Part shown: positions 48,616 to 59,171 of the stretch, piece by piece
Layout of the letters: every line of letters starts with the position of its first letter
Numbering within the stretch: the first letter of the stretch is position 1
Virus record (IMG/VR): IMGVR_UViG_3300020056_002227
Location: 105,743-169,742 of that record
Length of the DNA: 64,000 bases
Reading direction: 5' to 3' (one strand)
DNA from: a virus
Made by a program: the position numbers and the translations under genes
The notes under the pieces: model-generated
Told to the model about the DNA's origin: nothing
The model's database searches: none
Seen by the model: the letters and a program-made list of their open reading frames with translations, nothing else

Positions 48616-50216
48616 TAACTGGTTATCTGGGCAATACCAATCTCAAAAAGATTGGTGAGCAGATAGAATTTACACCCGAGAATCTAAAAGAATATATGAG
48701 GTGTATGAACGACCCTGTATATTTTTGTAAATATATCAAAATTGTTCATGTTGATAAGGGGCTAGTCCCCTTTGACCTATATGATTATCAGGAAGAAATC
48801 GTCAATAAAATTACTGACCATAGAAGATTGGCAGTCCTCACTGCGCGTCAGTCAGGTAAGACAACTACAGCAGTCGCAGTGATTCTTCATTATATCCTTT
48901 TTAATGAATATAAAACAGTAGCCATTCTCGCAAATAAAGGTGATTCTGCCAGAGAAGTATTGAGCCGTGTGCAATTGGCATATGAAGCATTGCCCAAATG
49001 GATGCAACAAGGCGTTGAAGAATGGAATAAAGGTAGTATCTCATTAGAAAATGGCTGTAAGATATACGCAGGAACGACTTCATCAAGTGCCATTAGAGGT
49101 AAATCTATTTCATTCCTTTACCTTGATGAGGTCGCGTTTATCGAAGGCTACGATGATTTCTTCGCATCGGTCTATCCTACAATTTCATCTGGTGAGTCAA
49201 CAAAGCTGATGATGACCTCTACTCCCAATGGTCTGAACCATTTTTGGAAAACCTGTAAGGGTGCTGAAGAGGGTACAAACGGTTATGAATTTACCAAGGT
49301 AATGTGGGATGATGTTCCAGGTCGTGATGAAAAATGGAGACAAGAAACCCTCGAAGCCTTAGATTTTGACGAACAAAAATTTAGACAAGAGTATTGCTGT
49401 GAATTTCTTGGTAGTTCTGGTACCCTGATTGATGGTTCAAAACTAAAAAATCTGGCATACTCTAGACCTATTGCAGAAAATGAAGGCCTTTACCAGTATA
49501 TTAAAGCCGAAGAAGGCCACACTTATGTAATGACTGTGGATGTATCAAGAGGTAAAGGTCTTGATTATTCTACATTTAATATTATTGATATCACTGAAAT
49601 GCCCTACCAACAGGTTTGTACTTACAGGGATAATCTGATCGGGCCTGTTGATTTTGCCTCAGTTATATATAGGGTAGGCTTACTCTATAATGAAGCTGCA
49701 TTACTTATAGAAATCAACGACATTGGTGAGCAAGTTTCTGATGTTCTTACTATGGATTATGGGTATGAGAATTTCTTGTATACAGAGAACGCAGGAAGAA
49801 CAGGAAAGAGAATATCAAGTGGTTTTGGGAAGAAAGTTGATAATGGTGTGAGAACAACAAAAAGTGTGAAATCAATTGGCTGTACGATCTTAAAGATGTT
49901 GATCGAACAAGACCAATTGCTTTTACGAGATTTTAACACAATACAGGAATTGTCCCGATTTTCGAAAAAAGGATCCTCATATGAAGCCGAATCCGGCGCT
50001 CATGATGATTTGGTTATGAATTTGGTTTTATTCGCATGGCTATCAGATCAGAACTACTTCAAAGAGATGACTGATATAAACACCCTTATGAAATTAAGGG
50101 AAAGAACGGAAGAGCAAATTGAACAAGATCTTTTACCCTTTGGTTTTATTGACGATGGAAGTGATGATGAGATGTCCGTGTGGCAAGATGCCCGGGAAGG
50201 TTGGCAAATCCTGTAA
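48612..50216 (+). CDS. gp17: Terminase large subunit gp17
   Basis: Walker A ARQSGKTT, Walker B YLDEVAF, STPNG, nuclease DVSRGKGLDYS and HDDLVM. Confidence 0.98.
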   Translation: MITGYLGNTNLKKIGEQIEFTPENLKEYMRCMNDPVYFCKYIKIVHVDKGLVPFDLYDYQEEIVNKITDHRRLAVLTARQSGKTTTAVAVILHYILFNEYKTVAILANKGDSAREVLSRVQLAYEALPKWMQQGVEEWNKGSISLENGCKIYAGTTSSSAIRGKSISFLYLDEVAFIEGYDDFFASVYPTISSGESTKLMMTSTPNGLNHFWKTCKGAEEGTNGYEFTKVMWDDVPGRDEKWRQETLEALDFDEQKFRQEYCCEFLGSSGTLIDGSKLKNLAYSRPIAENEGLYQYIKAEEGHTYVMTVDVSRGKGLDYSTFNIIDITEMPYQQVCTYRDNLIGPVDFASVIYRVGLLYNEAALLIEINDIGEQVSDVLTMDYGYENFLYTENAGRTGKRISSGFGKKVDNGVRTTKSVKSIGCTILKMLIEQDQLLLRDFNTIQELSRFSKKGSSYEAESGAHDDLVMNLVLFAWLSDQNYFKEMTDINTLMKLRERTEEQIEQDLLPFGFIDDGSDDEMSVWQDAREGWQIL

Positions 50217-50227
50217 GTCCGGTATTT

Positions 50228-50235
50228 TATAAATA
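50228..50235 (+). promoter_or_regulatory. Late promoter TATAAATA (gp18)
   Basis: Exact consensus in the intergenic gap. Confidence 0.85.
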
Positions 50236-50294
50236 TAGTTAGTGAAGATATCTGAAAATTTTTTAAAATACGATAATAATTAAAGGAGAAAAAT

Positions 50295-52325
50295 ATGGCT
50301 TTTTCCGTAAGTCCTTCCGTAATCGTTCGAGAAGTGGACGCATCGGCCGCGGTACCAGCCATCGCAACACCACCTGCCGCTGTTGCCGGTGTATTTAGAT
50401 GGGGTCCTATTAACGAACCAATTCTATGTTCATCGGAAAATGATCTTGTAAATCGCTTCGGTAAGCCTACCGATGACAATTATGAGACATTCTTTGTTGC
50501 AGCAGATTATCTGTCATATGCAAATGCCCTATGGGTTGCACGTGTAGATAATGGAGCTGAAACAGCAGATGCATCCGACGTTGTACTGCATACTTCTGCA
50601 ACTGCTTACGCTAACACTGCTGCCCCCGGTTACATTGCCGGTCAGACACCAGGTTCCGTAGGTAGTGTTGATATTGCTAATACAACATATGGTGCATTTG
50701 AAGGTCTATATGCAGGTGCTCTTGCGAATGGTATTGAAATTTCGTATGTAAAAGATAGCAGCTATGAGGCAGCACTCTTTGGTGTTGGTGATATTCCTGC
50801 TTCTAACCCTTTTGCAACGGATACCCGCGCGGTTTCTGGTTCAATCGTTGCACCCACAGATCAAACTTTTGCATTTAATACCAACTCTTTCCAGTTTACC
50901 ACATCTAGTAATACTGATTTCTATGATGTTACTGGCATGCCAGGTGATACTCTTGTAATCGGTAATGATTCAGTAGGCTATCAAGAACTGTCCATTTCTA
51001 CTGTAACTCGAGAAGCAAACGAGATTGATTTAGACCCAACTGCAAACACGAATATTGTTGATGGATATTACACATATACATTCACAACGAGTGGTAATTA
51101 CACACTTGCAGAAACCGAACCTAACAGCCTGTCTCTTTCAGTTAAGTGGAAGCATTCGAATCTGTTTGGTAAGGCTCCAGATACTGGTAATTACCACGTT
51201 GCAGTAATCGATTCTACTGGTAGTGTTACTGGTAATCTTGGATCGGCAGTAGAAATTTATGAGAACGTATCTACATCACCGACTGCAACACTTCCTGATG
51301 GTAGAACAAACTACTATAAAGATGTGATTGATAACTTCTCTTCTTGGGTGAAGGTTGCAAATACTGTTCACTTTGAAGCTCAAACGGCATCTGTATATGA
51401 ACTTCTTGAAGGTGGTACTGATGGAACCACAGAGGCAGCAACATCTCTTGCCGCTCTTGCTGGTGGTTACGACCTATTCAAGAACTCTAATGAGATCGAT
51501 ATTTCCTTTGTTCTTCAAGGTAAAGGCGATAACAGTGCTAATCTGGCAAATTACATCATTAGTAATATTGCTGATTACAGAAAAGACTGTGTGGCATTCC
51601 TTTCTCCATCGAAAGAAGCAGTTGTTGATGAATTAAGAACCAATGCTAAGATGACAAATACTATTGCATATCGCAATAAGCTACAGAGTTCTTCTTACTG
51701 GTTCATGGATTCTGGTTACAAGTACAGATACGACAAGTACAATGACAAGTACCGATATGTACCTCTCAACGGCGACATGGCTGGACTTTCATCTAGGGTA
51801 GAACCTTATGAGTCTCCGGCTGGATTTAGAAAGGGCGTTGTGAAAAATGTTATCAAGCTTGCTTTCAATCCAAATAAGGCTCAGAGAGATCAACTTTACA
51901 GCGCAGATATTAACCCTGTAATGTCACAGGTTGGTCAAGGGATTGTCCTCTTTGGTGATAAGACTGGTCTTGGTTCGACTAGTGCTTTCGATAGACTCAA
52001 TGTTCGAAGATTGTTCATTGCTGTTGAGAAGGCTATTGCTAATGCAGCTCAATCTTTCTTGTTTGAATTGAATGATGAATTCACTCAGACACAGTTCAGA
52101 AACATTGTTGAGCCGTTCCTGAGAGATATCCAAGGTAGAAGAGGAATCATCGATTTCAGAGTGGTTTCTGATGCTACCGTAAATACTCCTACAGTAATTG
52201 ATCAGAACAAATTCAGAGCAAATATCTTTATCAAGCCTGCACGATCCATCAACGTCATCGAACTCACGTTTGTGGCTACTAGGAGCGGTGTAGAATTTGA
52301 AGAGATAGTCGGCGCGCTTACATAA
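50295..52325 (+). CDS. gp18: Tail sheath protein gp18
   Basis: SP.V.VREVD; F.WGP; SPAG..G; FGDKT; SAFDRLNVRRLF; FE.ND.FT; IKPARSIN.I.L.FVAT. Confidence 0.98.
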   Translation: MAFSVSPSVIVREVDASAAVPAIATPPAAVAGVFRWGPINEPILCSSENDLVNRFGKPTDDNYETFFVAADYLSYANALWVARVDNGAETADASDVVLHTSATAYANTAAPGYIAGQTPGSVGSVDIANTTYGAFEGLYAGALANGIEISYVKDSSYEAALFGVGDIPASNPFATDTRAVSGSIVAPTDQTFAFNTNSFQFTTSSNTDFYDVTGMPGDTLVIGNDSVGYQELSISTVTREANEIDLDPTANTNIVDGYYTYTFTTSGNYTLAETEPNSLSLSVKWKHSNLFGKAPDTGNYHVAVIDSTGSVTGNLGSAVEIYENVSTSPTATLPDGRTNYYKDVIDNFSSWVKVANTVHFEAQTASVYELLEGGTDGTTEAATSLAALAGGYDLFKNSNEIDISFVLQGKGDNSANLANYIISNIADYRKDCVAFLSPSKEAVVDELRTNAKMTNTIAYRNKLQSSSYWFMDSGYKYRYDKYNDKYRYVPLNGDMAGLSSRVEPYESPAGFRKGVVKNVIKLAFNPNKAQRDQLYSADINPVMSQVGQGIVLFGDKTGLGSTSAFDRLNVRRLFIAVEKAIANAAQSFLFELNDEFTQTQFRNIVEPFLRDIQGRRGIIDFRVVSDATVNTPTVIDQNKFRANIFIKPARSINVIELTFVATRSGVEFEEIVGALT

Positions 52326-52356
52326 TAAATAAGATTATTAAAAGGAGAACACGAAT

Positions 52357-52890
52357 ATGAGTTTTAATATCAACGAGTTTAAATCACAGCTTGTCGGCGG
52401 TGGTGCTCGTCCAACTCTTTTCCAAGTTCAGATTCTAAATCCTGTAGATCCGGCCGCTGACTTTAAAGTTCCATTTATGGTACGAGCGGCTGGTATTCCA
52501 GGCTCAACTGTAGGACAATATGAGGTGCCCTACTTTGGTCGGAATATCAAGTACGCAGGAGATCGAACATTTGAAGATTGGACAATCACAGTAATCAACG
52601 ATGAAGATTTTGCGGTTAGAAATGCTATGGAAGCATGGTCTAATGCTATCAATACCCATGATAGCAACGTAAGAGCTTTGCCACAAGATTACAAGTCAAA
52701 TGCTATCATTACGCAATTTAGTAAAGATGGAGATCCACTTAGATCGTATGTATTTGAAGGCATGTTCCCTGTTTCAATCGACCAGATTGAAATGGATTGG
52801 GGTACAGTCGATGCTATTGAGGAATTCGGTGTAACATTCAGTTATGATTTTTGGAGAGTTGAAGGCGTAACCGGCATTCCTACAAGCTAA
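52357..52890 (+). CDS. gp19: Tail tube protein gp19
   Basis: GGARPTLF.V; GR.IK.AGDRTF.DWT.TV.NDEDF; IEEF.VTF.YD.W. Confidence 0.97.
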   Translation: MSFNINEFKSQLVGGGARPTLFQVQILNPVDPAADFKVPFMVRAAGIPGSTVGQYEVPYFGRNIKYAGDRTFEDWTITVINDEDFAVRNAMEAWSNAINTHDSNVRALPQDYKSNAIITQFSKDGDPLRSYVFEGMFPVSIDQIEMDWGTVDAIEEFGVTFSYDFWRVEGVTGIPTS

Positions 52891-52913
52891 TTGATTATTG
52901 AGGAATTTAAATA

Positions 52914-54419
52914 ATGAAGATTTTTGGCTTTGAGATTAAACGAGAAGCAGAAGAGGCCAATGAGGTACCGGTCTCTTTTGCTGAACCTCTCAACGATGAC
53001 GGTGCGATTACTGTTGGTAGTGCCCTTGGTGGGTTCTATAATACATTAATCGATTTAGAGGGCTCGGCTAAAACCGAGTCCGAACTCGTCACGAAATATA
53101 GGGGTATGGCCATGCAGCCTGAGATTGCTCAGGCTATTGATGAGGTTGTCAACGAAGCAATCAATGTTGACACGCACGAAAAAGTTGTCGATATTGTACT
53201 AGAAGATACTGAACTACCAGACAAAGTAAAGAAAATGGTAGCTGAGGAATTTGATAATGTCCTCGGCTTGTTAGATTTTACTAATAATGCATATGATATG
53301 TTCAGCAAATTTTATGTTGATGGCAGAATGAACTATCATATCATCATTGACGATGATAATTTAAAGAAAGGGATCACAGAACTTAGATACGTAGATCCTC
53401 GTAAAATTAAATTGATTCGTGAGGTGGATAAAAAGGGCAAGGACGAATGGTCTGGAATGCCCACAAAAAAGGTGAAGAACGAATACTATTTGTATTCAGA
53501 TAATGGGTTTGGCAATGGCCCAGGTGATTCTTCTACCGGATATAAGATTTCGAAAGATTCTATTGCCAGGATTACATCGGGCTTGATGAATGAAAACAAT
53601 TCATTGGTCCTTTCATATTTGCATCCTTCTATCAAGCCTCTTAATCAATTGAGAATGTTAGAAGATGCAACGGTCATTTACACACTGACACGAGCACCAG
53701 AAAGACGTATTTTCTATATTGATGTAGGTAACTTGCCAAAGAATAAAGCAGAACAGTATCTCCGTGATATGATGGTTCGGCACAAGAACAAGTTACAATA
53801 CAATGCATCTACTGGTGAAATTGCAGATTCTCGTAAGATGATGACAATGACTGAAGATTTTTGGTTCCCTCGCCGAGGTGGTGAGAGATCCACAGAAGTA
53901 GATACACTTGCCGGTGGTAGTGCACAGGGCTTGAGTACAGATGAAAATTTACAGTATTTCCAACGTAAATTGTATAAGGCGTTGAGAGTACCTTTAACCA
54001 GATTGGAACCAGAGACAATGGTTTCATTTGGTCGTGTATCTGAGATTACACGAGATGAATTGAAATTCAGTAAATTCATTCGAAGGCTCAGAGCAAGATT
54101 TTCTTGGTTCTTCAATCTGGTATTGGAAAAACAGCTTGTCTTAAAAGGTGTAATGTCACCGGAAGAATTTGACCAGATCAGAAATAAAATTCGTTATGAT
54201 TTTATTAGAGACAACTATTTTGAAGAACTAAAAGAGGCCGAGATTCTTAGAGAAAGAATGACTACTCTTAGAGAAATGGAAGAATCGGTCGGTGTTTATT
54301 ATTCTCGTCAATGGGTTGTCCGTAATGTTCTTCAGATGAGTGAAGAAGAATTTGAAGAAATTAGGGATCAGATCGAAGCAGAAAAAGAGATGTTCCCCGA
54401 CGAAGATGAAGACATTTAA
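52914..54419 (+). CDS. gp20: Portal protein gp20
   Basis: NQLRMLEDA.VIY...RAPERRIFYIDVGNLPK.KAEQY; EDFW.PRR.G; EITRDELKF.KF. Confidence 0.98.
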   Translation: MKIFGFEIKREAEEANEVPVSFAEPLNDDGAITVGSALGGFYNTLIDLEGSAKTESELVTKYRGMAMQPEIAQAIDEVVNEAINVDTHEKVVDIVLEDTELPDKVKKMVAEEFDNVLGLLDFTNNAYDMFSKFYVDGRMNYHIIIDDDNLKKGITELRYVDPRKIKLIREVDKKGKDEWSGMPTKKVKNEYYLYSDNGFGNGPGDSSTGYKISKDSIARITSGLMNENNSLVLSYLHPSIKPLNQLRMLEDATVIYTLTRAPERRIFYIDVGNLPKNKAEQYLRDMMVRHKNKLQYNASTGEIADSRKMMTMTEDFWFPRRGGERSTEVDTLAGGSAQGLSTDENLQYFQRKLYKALRVPLTRLEPETMVSFGRVSEITRDELKFSKFIRRLRARFSWFFNLVLEKQLVLKGVMSPEEFDQIRNKIRYDFIRDNYFEELKEAEILRERMTTLREMEESVGVYYSRQWVVRNVLQMSEEEFEEIRDQIEAEKEMFPDEDEDI

Positions 54420-54456
54420 TAAATATTCATATTAGATAAAAAAAGGACTCACAGAA

Positions 54457-55062
54457 ATGAAACGGTTCAAGCAACTTCGCGAATACGCACAACCAAAATC
54501 TCCCGAAGAAAAGAGATTTAAGGATCAGCACTCTGTAGAGGTACTTGATCCCGAAGGTCATGGGGATGATATTAAGCCAAAGACCCAGAAGAAAAAGAGA
54601 TTGGCAGATTATATGGACGGCCAAGATAAGGCCGCATATGATAAAGCTTATACTGTTAAGCAAGAATCTATCGAAGAAGATTGGGATGCGATCGAGGCAG
54701 AAATATTGGAAAATCACGATATTTCTGAACTTTCCGAAGAGCAGCTCGATGAATTGATCGGTAAGATTGCAAAGGGTATTGGCAAGGGAGTCAAAAAGGC
54801 TGCCAAAAGAATGTCCACCTCTGGTCGAGCAGATGCGGCTGAAAAGAGAGCAGCTAAAGCAGAAAAGAAAAACAAAGATCGTGAGAGATTGAAGAAAGCT
54901 AAGGAGCGCATTGCAGCTGCCAAGGCAAAGAAAAATGAATCCTCTTTAGAAGAAGATATTGCTGATATTCTCGTAGAAGCATATGGAGAATCTTTGCTTG
55001 AGATGACTGACGAAGAGATGGATTTAATCATCGATAGGCTTCACGAAGATCTGCAGGGCTAA
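54457..55062 (+). CDS. Putative prohead core / internal head protein with a Lys/Ala-rich segment
   Basis: Lies at the T4 gene 67/68 position. The N-terminus MKRFKQLRE resembles the T4 capsid-targeting sequence, and there are many (L/I)xE gp21-type cleavage motifs. Confidence 0.6.
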   Translation: MKRFKQLREYAQPKSPEEKRFKDQHSVEVLDPEGHGDDIKPKTQKKKRLADYMDGQDKAAYDKAYTVKQESIEEDWDAIEAEILENHDISELSEEQLDELIGKIAKGIGKGVKKAAKRMSTSGRADAAEKRAAKAEKKNKDRERLKKAKERIAAAKAKKNESSLEEDIADILVEAYGESLLEMTDEEMDLIIDRLHEDLQG

Positions 55063-55066
55063 TAAT

Positions 55067-55810
55067 ATGAAGAGCTTCAAAGATATCTACGAAGACGCAC
55101 AAGACGAAAAAAGAATGATGCGCCAACAACTCATGTTTATCTCATATGCTGCAAAAGAAATTGCCGCATACGTAGATCGAGTTAATGATCCAGAAGAATG
55201 GTATCAGAATAAAATGGCCACTACCCATTCAATGATGAAGACTCTTTATTCTTATGCACAAGGCCAGATGCAATCAATGAATGCAGATGATGATCTGATG
55301 GCTGGATACTACGGTGAAGAGATTACAAAGCTCGATGCTCGCAGAAGAGAATTCAAAGAAAAGCTTCGTAAATTGGCATATGAAAAATATGGCAAGAAAA
55401 AGGTAGATGCTGTTGATAAGGCAGAACTAGACGAAGAGACTTGGAAAGAAATCGAAGTATATGCTAAAAAGCACGGTGGTATCGACAAGAAAGATATGCT
55501 AAAAGTTGCGATGATGCTAAAGAAGGGTGATCGTAAAGGTGCTGAAAAATATGCTCGTGGATTGGATACAGATCCTCGTGATTGGCTATTAGATAAGATG
55601 GATGATCTTGATGAAGCAAACTTCAAGCCTGGTAGCCTCAAATTGAAAGATGGTTCTAAGGTTAAGATTTCGATGGATAACGCAAAGGCGATCACTGCAG
55701 TAATGAAGACACTCAGCCCAAAGAATCGTAAAGAGATGGAAACACGAATGATGGCTGATAAAAAAGGCTTTGATGAAATCATGGCCTTCGTTGATGCTGC
55801 AGGTATGTGA
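55067..55810 (+). CDS. Putative prohead core / internal head protein
   Basis: N-terminus MKSFKDIYE; LDE motifs separate sub-domains; located between gp20 and gp21. Confidence 0.6.
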   Translation: MKSFKDIYEDAQDEKRMMRQQLMFISYAAKEIAAYVDRVNDPEEWYQNKMATTHSMMKTLYSYAQGQMQSMNADDDLMAGYYGEEITKLDARRREFKEKLRKLAYEKYGKKKVDAVDKAELDEETWKEIEVYAKKHGGIDKKDMLKVAMMLKKGDRKGAEKYARGLDTDPRDWLLDKMDDLDEANFKPGSLKLKDGSKVKISMDNAKAITAVMKTLSPKNRKEMETRMMADKKGFDEIMAFVDAAGM

Positions 55811-56037
55811 TGGCTTGGGTTGCCGTAACAAATTCAAATGGTCTTTGGGAATACGATAATGCTGCTACTGCGGCGGACCCAGACACCTATGATGATATGA
55901 ATGGTACGGTAACGGCCGGTATTAGATCGTTTACACCAACTGGCGGGAATACGCAGTATACTTACATTAAATGTAGACGAACTGGGACAACACAGATTCG
56001 AGGTGAACTGTCCAAAAATTATTACGATGCGCAGTAA
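55810..56037 (+). CDS. Hypothetical protein (75 aa)
   Basis: ATG overlaps the upstream stop (TGATG), consistent with translational coupling. Confidence 0.65.
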   Translation: MAWVAVTNSNGLWEYDNAATAADPDTYDDMNGTVTAGIRSFTPTGGNTQYTYIKCRRTGTTQIRGELSKNYYDAQ

Positions 56038-56046
56038 TCGAAAAAT

Positions 56047-56054
56047 TATAAATA
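56047..56054 (+). promoter_or_regulatory. Late promoter TATAAATA (gp21)
   Basis: Exact consensus in the intergenic gap. Confidence 0.85.
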
Positions 56055-56085
56055 CAATTTAAGAATAAAAAGGTAAGGTAAATTT

Positions 56086-56781
56086 ATGAAGCTTATTACA
56101 GAAATTACCGAAAATTGTGAGATCCTTTCTGAAATCAACGAAGAAACTGGCAAGAAGTCTTTCTTCATTGAGGGAATTTTCATGCAGGGAAATCTCAAGA
56201 ATCGTAATGGCCGTATCTATCCCAGTGAAGTCCTTGAAAATGAAATGAAGCGTTATCAAAAGGAATTCATCGATACGAAGAGAGCTTTAGGTGAACTTGG
56301 TCATCCAGATGGACCACAAATCAATGGTGAGAGAGTATCTCATTTGATTACTGAGATGAAGAGAGATGGTGATAATTTTTATGGTAAAGCCAAAATTCTT
56401 GGTACACCTATGGGTGAAATCGTAAAGACATTTCTTGATGAAGGTGTGAAGATTGGTGTTTCTACCAGGGGTCTGGGTTCGGTGAAGGCAAAGAATGGAG
56501 TAATGGAAGTACAAAAAGACTTCCATCTGGCTACCGTTGACATCGTTACCGATCCTTCTGCTCCTAATGCTTTTGTAAATGGCATTATGGAAAATGTAGA
56601 ATACTATTACGATCTTGCATCTAATGCATGGCTTCCTGCTCAACAGCAAGAGGAAGTGGCTGAAGTGGTTGAGCAAATCACAAAGCAAGTGCATAAGAAG
56701 TATAATAGAATTGTGAACAGAGTTGATGAGGAAACTGCATCGAAATTGTTCCAAAAATTCATTAGAACGCTTCAAAAGTAA
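56086..56781 (+). CDS. gp21: Prohead protease gp21
   Basis: IEGIFMQ...KNRNGRIYP; ALGELGHP; GVSTRGLGS; DIVTDPSAP.AFV. Confidence 0.97.
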   Translation: MKLITEITENCEILSEINEETGKKSFFIEGIFMQGNLKNRNGRIYPSEVLENEMKRYQKEFIDTKRALGELGHPDGPQINGERVSHLITEMKRDGDNFYGKAKILGTPMGEIVKTFLDEGVKIGVSTRGLGSVKAKNGVMEVQKDFHLATVDIVTDPSAPNAFVNGIMENVEYYYDLASNAWLPAQQQEEVAEVVEQITKQVHKKYNRIVNRVDEETASKLFQKFIRTLQK

Positions 56782-56787
56782 AAGATT

Positions 56788-56795
56788 TATAAATA
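56788..56795 (+). promoter_or_regulatory. Late promoter TATAAATA (gp22)
   Basis: Exact consensus in the intergenic gap. Confidence 0.85.
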
Positions 56796-56838
56796 GAGTT
56801 TGCAACAAGTTAAATTGTTACATAAAAGGAGACTAAAT

Positions 56839-57744
56839 ATGGCAGATGATCAAAGCAAGGTTGTTGCTGAAGAGGAAACTCTATCAGCCGCACCAGAAAC
56901 TGTTGAAGAGCAGGTTGAGTCTGTTGAGGAAGTCGCACAGGAAGAGGAAGTAACTACGGAAGTAGTTGAAGAGGTTGTGGAAGAGACAGAGGTTGTTACC
57001 GAAGTCGATCCTACAATTGCTTCTATCTTTGAAGGCGTCGACCTTTCAGATGAATTCAAAAACAAGGTATCAGTTGTTTTTGACGCCGCAGTCAATGAGC
57101 AGGTTACAGAGAAAGTTAAGGCAATCGAAACTGATCTGAACGAGAAACTCGAAGCAGAGCTTCAAGAATCTCTGACAGCAAAAGTAGACGAGATTGTTGA
57201 AAATCTTGACAAGTATCTTGACTATGTTGTTGAAGAGTGGATGTCGGAAAACGAAATTGCTATCGAGGCCGGTATTAAGGTTGAAATGGCAGAATCTCTA
57301 ATGACTGGTCTTAAGGATCTATTCGAAGAGCACAACATCGATGTAAATGATGAGACTGTTGATGTGGTAACAGGCTTGGAAGAGCAGGTTGCAGAAGCAG
57401 AAGCTAAGAGAAATGAACTCGTGAATGAGAACATTGCTTTGGCACAAGAAATTACCAATATGAAGGCTGAAAGAGTCTTTGAGGAAATTACTGAAGGTCT
57501 GACTGCTACTCAACGCGAAAGACTAGTTGTTCTTTCTGAGAAACTAGATCGAAGTGATCTGGAAGATTACTCTGCTAATCTCCAGACCATTAAAGAATCT
57601 TTCTTTACAGAAACAGCTGTGAAAAAGGATGAGGTGATTGAGGAAGAAATCATTACGGAAGAGGAAGTAATTAAGCGTCCTGTTTCTGATTATTCTTCGG
57701 TCAATGCTCTTGTAGAGGCACTCAACGCAAGAAAAAGCAACTAA
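56839..57744 (+). CDS. gp22: Prohead core scaffolding protein gp22
   Basis: ATG at 56839 after AAGGAG. LS.EFK.K...F.AAV; D.YL.YVVEEW..EN..AIE.G.K.E..ES...GLK.LF.EH. Confidence 0.95.
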   Translation: MADDQSKVVAEEETLSAAPETVEEQVESVEEVAQEEEVTTEVVEEVVEETEVVTEVDPTIASIFEGVDLSDEFKNKVSVVFDAAVNEQVTEKVKAIETDLNEKLEAELQESLTAKVDEIVENLDKYLDYVVEEWMSENEIAIEAGIKVEMAESLMTGLKDLFEEHNIDVNDETVDVVTGLEEQVAEAEAKRNELVNENIALAQEITNMKAERVFEEITEGLTATQRERLVVLSEKLDRSDLEDYSANLQTIKESFFTETAVKKDEVIEEEIITEEEVIKRPVSDYSSVNALVEALNARKSN

Positions 57745-57756
57745 GAAATTAGTTTT

Positions 57757-57764
57757 TATAAATA
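57757..57764 (+). promoter_or_regulatory. Late promoter TATAAATA (gp23)
   Basis: Exact consensus upstream of the major capsid gene. Confidence 0.9.
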
Positions 57765-57806
57765 AACAGTAACACACTAATTTAAGTAACAAGGAGATAG
57801 AATAAT

Positions 57807-59141
57807 ATGTCACAGACAAACTATCAGAAGCTTGTGGAAAAGTGGGGGCCAATCCTAGAGCACGAATCTTTTTCACCTATTGCTGATCAACACAGAAAGT
57901 CGGTAACCGCGACTATCTTGGAGAACACAGAACGTGCGCTGCAAGAATCCGGTGATCTTTCTGCAAACATGAGCTCTCTTCTTTCTGAAGCAGCTCCTGT
58001 CAACGCTGCTGGCGCTGACGGTTTCACATCTGGTGCGACTGACGCTGGTCCGGTTGCTGGATACGATCCAGTCCTGATCTCTCTCGTGCGTCGTGCGATG
58101 CCCAACCTGATTGCATATGATATTTGTGGTGTCCAGCCTATGACTGGTCCTACAGGTCTCATCTTCGCAATGCGGTCTCGTAAGGGTACTCAATCTGGTG
58201 CAGAAACTGGTTACGGTGAAGCAGATACCACTCATTCTGGTGTAGGCACTCAAACTGGCACGATCCCTGTAGCAGATGCTGCTAATACTACTCTCTTTGA
58301 GACTGGTACTGGTATGGCAACAAACGTTGCTGAAGCTCTCGGTGATGGTGTTGGTGCAGACTTCGCAGAAATGGCCTTCTCTATTGAGAAAGTAACTGTT
58401 GCTGCTAAGACACGTGCACTGAAGGCTGAGTACACCACTGAACTGGCTCAAGACCTGAAAGCTGTTCACGGTCTGGATGCTGAAACAGAACTGGCTAACA
58501 TTCTCCAGTCTGAGATCTTGACTGAAATCAACCGTGAAGTTGTACGTACTATCTACACCACTGCTGAAGTTGGTGCTGGAAATACTGCTGCCTCTGGTGT
58601 TTTCGATCTCGACGTTGATGCTAACGGCCGTTGGTCTGTTGAGAAGTTCAAGGGTCTGATGTTCCAGGTTGAGCAAGAAGCTAACGCTATTGCTAAGGGA
58701 ACTCGTCGCGGTAAGGGTAACATTGTTATCTGTTCTTCTGATGTGGCTTCTGCTCTTCAGATGGCCGGTGTACTTGATCACACTCCTGCACTCAATGCCA
58801 ATGCTTTGGATGTTGATGATACTGGTAACACCTTCGCTGGTGTTCTGAACGGTCGCTTCCGTGTATACATCGATCCATATGCTGGTGGTAACTACATGGT
58901 TGTTGGTTACAAAGGTTCTTCTGCCTTTGATGCTGGTCTCTTCTACTGCCCATACGTACCTCTTCAGATGGTTCGTGCAGTTGGCGAGAACACTTTCCAG
59001 CCCAAGATCGGATTCAAGACTCGCTACGGCATGGTTGCAAACCCATTTGCTCAAGGCGATGCCTCTTCTCAAGGTCTTGGTGCTCTTACAGCCAACGTCA
59101 ACAAGTACTACAGAAAAGTACGAGTTACAAACTTGTTCTAA
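57807..59141 (+). CDS. gp23: Major capsid protein gp23
   Basis: DPVLISLVRRAMPNLIAYDICGVQPMTGPTGLIFAMR; ELAQDLKAVHGLDAE.EL; FQPKIGFKTRYG. Confidence 0.99.
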   Translation: MSQTNYQKLVEKWGPILEHESFSPIADQHRKSVTATILENTERALQESGDLSANMSSLLSEAAPVNAAGADGFTSGATDAGPVAGYDPVLISLVRRAMPNLIAYDICGVQPMTGPTGLIFAMRSRKGTQSGAETGYGEADTTHSGVGTQTGTIPVADAANTTLFETGTGMATNVAEALGDGVGADFAEMAFSIEKVTVAAKTRALKAEYTTELAQDLKAVHGLDAETELANILQSEILTEINREVVRTIYTTAEVGAGNTAASGVFDLDVDANGRWSVEKFKGLMFQVEQEANAIAKGTRRGKGNIVICSSDVASALQMAGVLDHTPALNANALDVDDTGNTFAGVLNGRFRVYIDPYAGGNYMVVGYKGSSAFDAGLFYCPYVPLQMVRAVGENTFQPKIGFKTRYGMVANPFAQGDASSQGLGALTANVNKYYRKVRVTNLF

Positions 59142-59171
59142 TAACAAGAAGCCCTTTAAAGGGACTACTTC

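Noticed and set aside
160-56808. Numerous short minus-strand and off-frame ORFs in the supplied track
   Set aside because: They overlap well-supported + strand genes and lack RBSs or motifs; they are shadow ORFs.
57873-59147. 424-aa antisense ORF over gp23
   Set aside because: It lies entirely opposite the major capsid gene, whose strong codon bias removes antisense stops. It has no RBS or recognisable motif.
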